This document shows positions 61,774 through 64,000 of a stretch of 64,000 bases of DNA, piece after piece (within the stretch, counting starts at the first letter, position 1; each line of letters begins with the position of its first letter). The stretch comes from Carcharhinus amblyrhynchos (Eukaryota), in the NCBI GenBank assembly GCA_965287045.1, contig OZ336870.1, positions 116,746,001-116,810,000 on the forward strand, given 5' to 3'. Position numbers and translations under genes: made by a program. The notes beneath the pieces are model-generated. The model saw only the letters and a list, made by a program, of their open reading frames with translations, did no database searches and was not told the DNA's origin.

Positions 61774-62690
61774 GAATTGAATTGAATTGAATTATTGTCA
61801 CATGTATTGGGATACAGTGAAATGTATTACTTCTTGTGAACTGTTACAGACAACACATATTGGTTATAGAGTACATAGAGGAGAAGGAAAGGATAGGGTG
61901 TAGAATATAGTGCTGCAGTTACTGATAAGGTGAAGAGAAAGAACAGCTTAATATATGATGGGACCATTCAAAAATCTGATGGCAGTAGGGAAGAAGATGT
62001 TTTTGAGTTGGTTGGTACATGTTTTCAGACTTTTGTATCTTTTTCCCGATGGAAGAAGGTGGAAGAGAGTATGTCCAGGGTGCATAGGATTGTTGATTAT
62101 GATGGCTGCTTTCCCAAAGAAACAGGAAGTATAGGTGGAGTCAGTGGACAGAAGGCTGGTATGCATGATAGACTGGGCTATGTTCACAAACCTTTATAGT
62201 TTTGTGCAGTCTTAGTAGGAGCCATATACTCAGATATGTTATTTTCCATGGTACTTAGAACAAGGTACAAAGAACAAAGAAAATCACAGCACAGGAATAG
62301 GCCCTTTGACCCTCCAAGCCTGCACCGACCATACTGCCTGACTGAACTAAAACCCCCTACCCTTCCAGGGACCATATCGCTTTACTCCCATCCTATTCAT
62401 GTATTTGTCAAGATGCTCCTTAAAGGTCACTATTATATCTGCTTCCACTACCTCTCCGGACTTATGTAGAAATTAGTGGGAGTTGTAGTGGACATGCTGA
62501 ATTTCTTTAGCCTTCTGAGAAAGTAGAGGGTTGGTGGGCTTTCTTAACTACAACATTGGTGTGGGGGATCAGGTTGTTGATGATCTGAATACCTAGAAAC
62601 ATGAGGGTCCTACCATCTCCACTTCATCACCTTTGATGTAGATAGCGAAATGTCCTCCACTACGTTTCCTGAAGTCAATGGCTAGCCGTC
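61774..62690 (-). mobile_element. Rex/Babar-like LINE 3' fragment with an (ATTGA)n tail and a nested CR1 tail (about 62265-62460)
   Basis: HPGHTLFHLLPSGKRYKSLK..KNIFFPTAIR remnant (ORF 61948-62187); GAATT repeats at 61774-61793. Confidence 0.7.
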
Positions 62691-63759
62691 ATTTTGGAAG
62701 CTCCCTCCATAAATCTCTCACCTCCTATTGTTCCATTCAGATACCCCTGAAAAGCTATCTCTTGTGACAAATTTTGAGGCACCTCTCTGATGGCTACTTC
62801 TTTGACATGTCATTATTGTCTTATTGTACTTATTGCAAGGAACCAAGCTCCTTGCAATGTTTCTTTCTGTGTTAAAAGTGGTAGATAAATGTACATTAAT
62901 GTTAACTTACCAACATGGCACCATTCTCTTCCATCACTTCTTGCAGAATGTCTCCGAAACTGAGATTCCATCCCATCCAAAAAACTCTGCCCATATTGCG
63001 ATAAATTGTGCCCTCATTTAACTATTATGTGGAATCACTAAATTAGAATGATGCTTATCACATCACATTTCCTCTCCTTTATGTAATAATAGCAAAAACA
63101 TGGGCTGAATTCCCTCCCCTACCCTGACTAAAATGTTGATGGAGAGACCGACCAGGAGAAGAACGATTACCCTGCTGTCAGTTGATACTTAATTGGCTGT
63201 TAATAGGTAGGAGGCCAGATTTCTTTGCCTTATAGGCATCATGTCCCACCTCAGTGAACTGCTGACCAATCAGATGGCCATCAGCTCTGTGGTTTGAGGC
63301 AGAACTGGTCGCCACTGCTGAGACTACAGGCAGTTCCCAACGGATATCATCTTTGGAACTGGATGCCAAGACAAGCAATGGAAATTTTGCTGGCATCAGA
63401 CTGGCAGGCCTATCAAGGAGATGGGGTGCCAGGATTAAGAGGCTGGAGGGGAGGATAAAGGGGGAATTCAGGAAAGATTTGGAGAAGGGGAGTGCCTCCG
63501 ATGGGCATAGGGGACCCACAAAGAAACCAGCCCCCCAACTGCATACTCTGTTGTCATGTGATCTTACATTACTGATGATGTAGACTATCTATTTTCACTA
63601 ACTCTTTACACTAAATCCACCTTCAAACATACTGGTGGGGAAATGTAAAATTCAGCTATAGGCACAAGTAGGAAGTTGTCAGATGTCTGGAAAAACAAAT
63701 CAATTTTGGTGTTTAACATTATTCAAAGGATCTATTCCAAAAGTAGACTAAAAAACTTT

Positions 63760-64000
63760 TAATTCATTTGTGGGACATGGGCGTCACTGGCTGGTCAGCA
63801 TTTATTGCCTATCCCTAGTTGCTCTTGAACAGTTGAGGGTCAACCACATTGCTGTGGCTCTGGAGTCACATGTACGCCACTCCAGCAAGGACGGCAAATT
63901 TTCTTCTCTAAAGGATATTAGTGAACCAGCTGAGTTTTTCTGATAATTTACGATGGTTTTATGGTCATCAGTAGATTCTTAATTCCAGACATTTTTTATT
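63760..64000 (-). mobile_element. SINE (same family as 4118-4500), cut by the window edge
   Basis: Direct similarity to 4125-4390. Confidence 0.8.

Overview
Vertebrate genomic DNA. The CR1/L2/Penelope LINEs and tRNA- and Deu-type SINEs point to a cartilaginous fish (shark-like); this is inferred, not proven. The only host gene I can support is METTL14 (scaffold subunit of the m6A writer) on the minus strand. Its GC-box promoter lies at about 42.1-42.4 kb, coding exons 1-7 run from 42132 down to 3281 (all GT-AG, phases consistent), and the remaining exons are probably off the left edge of the window. Most of the rest is retroelement: five copies of one young CR1 subfamily, older CR1 and L2 fragments, a Penelope-like element with an inverted pseudo-LTR, SINEs, a probable solo LTR and TIR-bounded repeats. 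The most interesting unexplained signal is a roughly 4 kb repeat-poor block in METTL14 intron 2 holding a row of hairpins followed by a well-formed, stop-containing cassette ('poison') exon candidate, a possible splicing/NMD control module for the m6A writer. Also notable: an inverted pair of young CR1s bracketing exons 3-4, a minimal hammerhead ribozyme about 480 bp upstream of the ATG, and a promoter built from tandem modules. All structure calls were made by eye; no folding or alignment was run.
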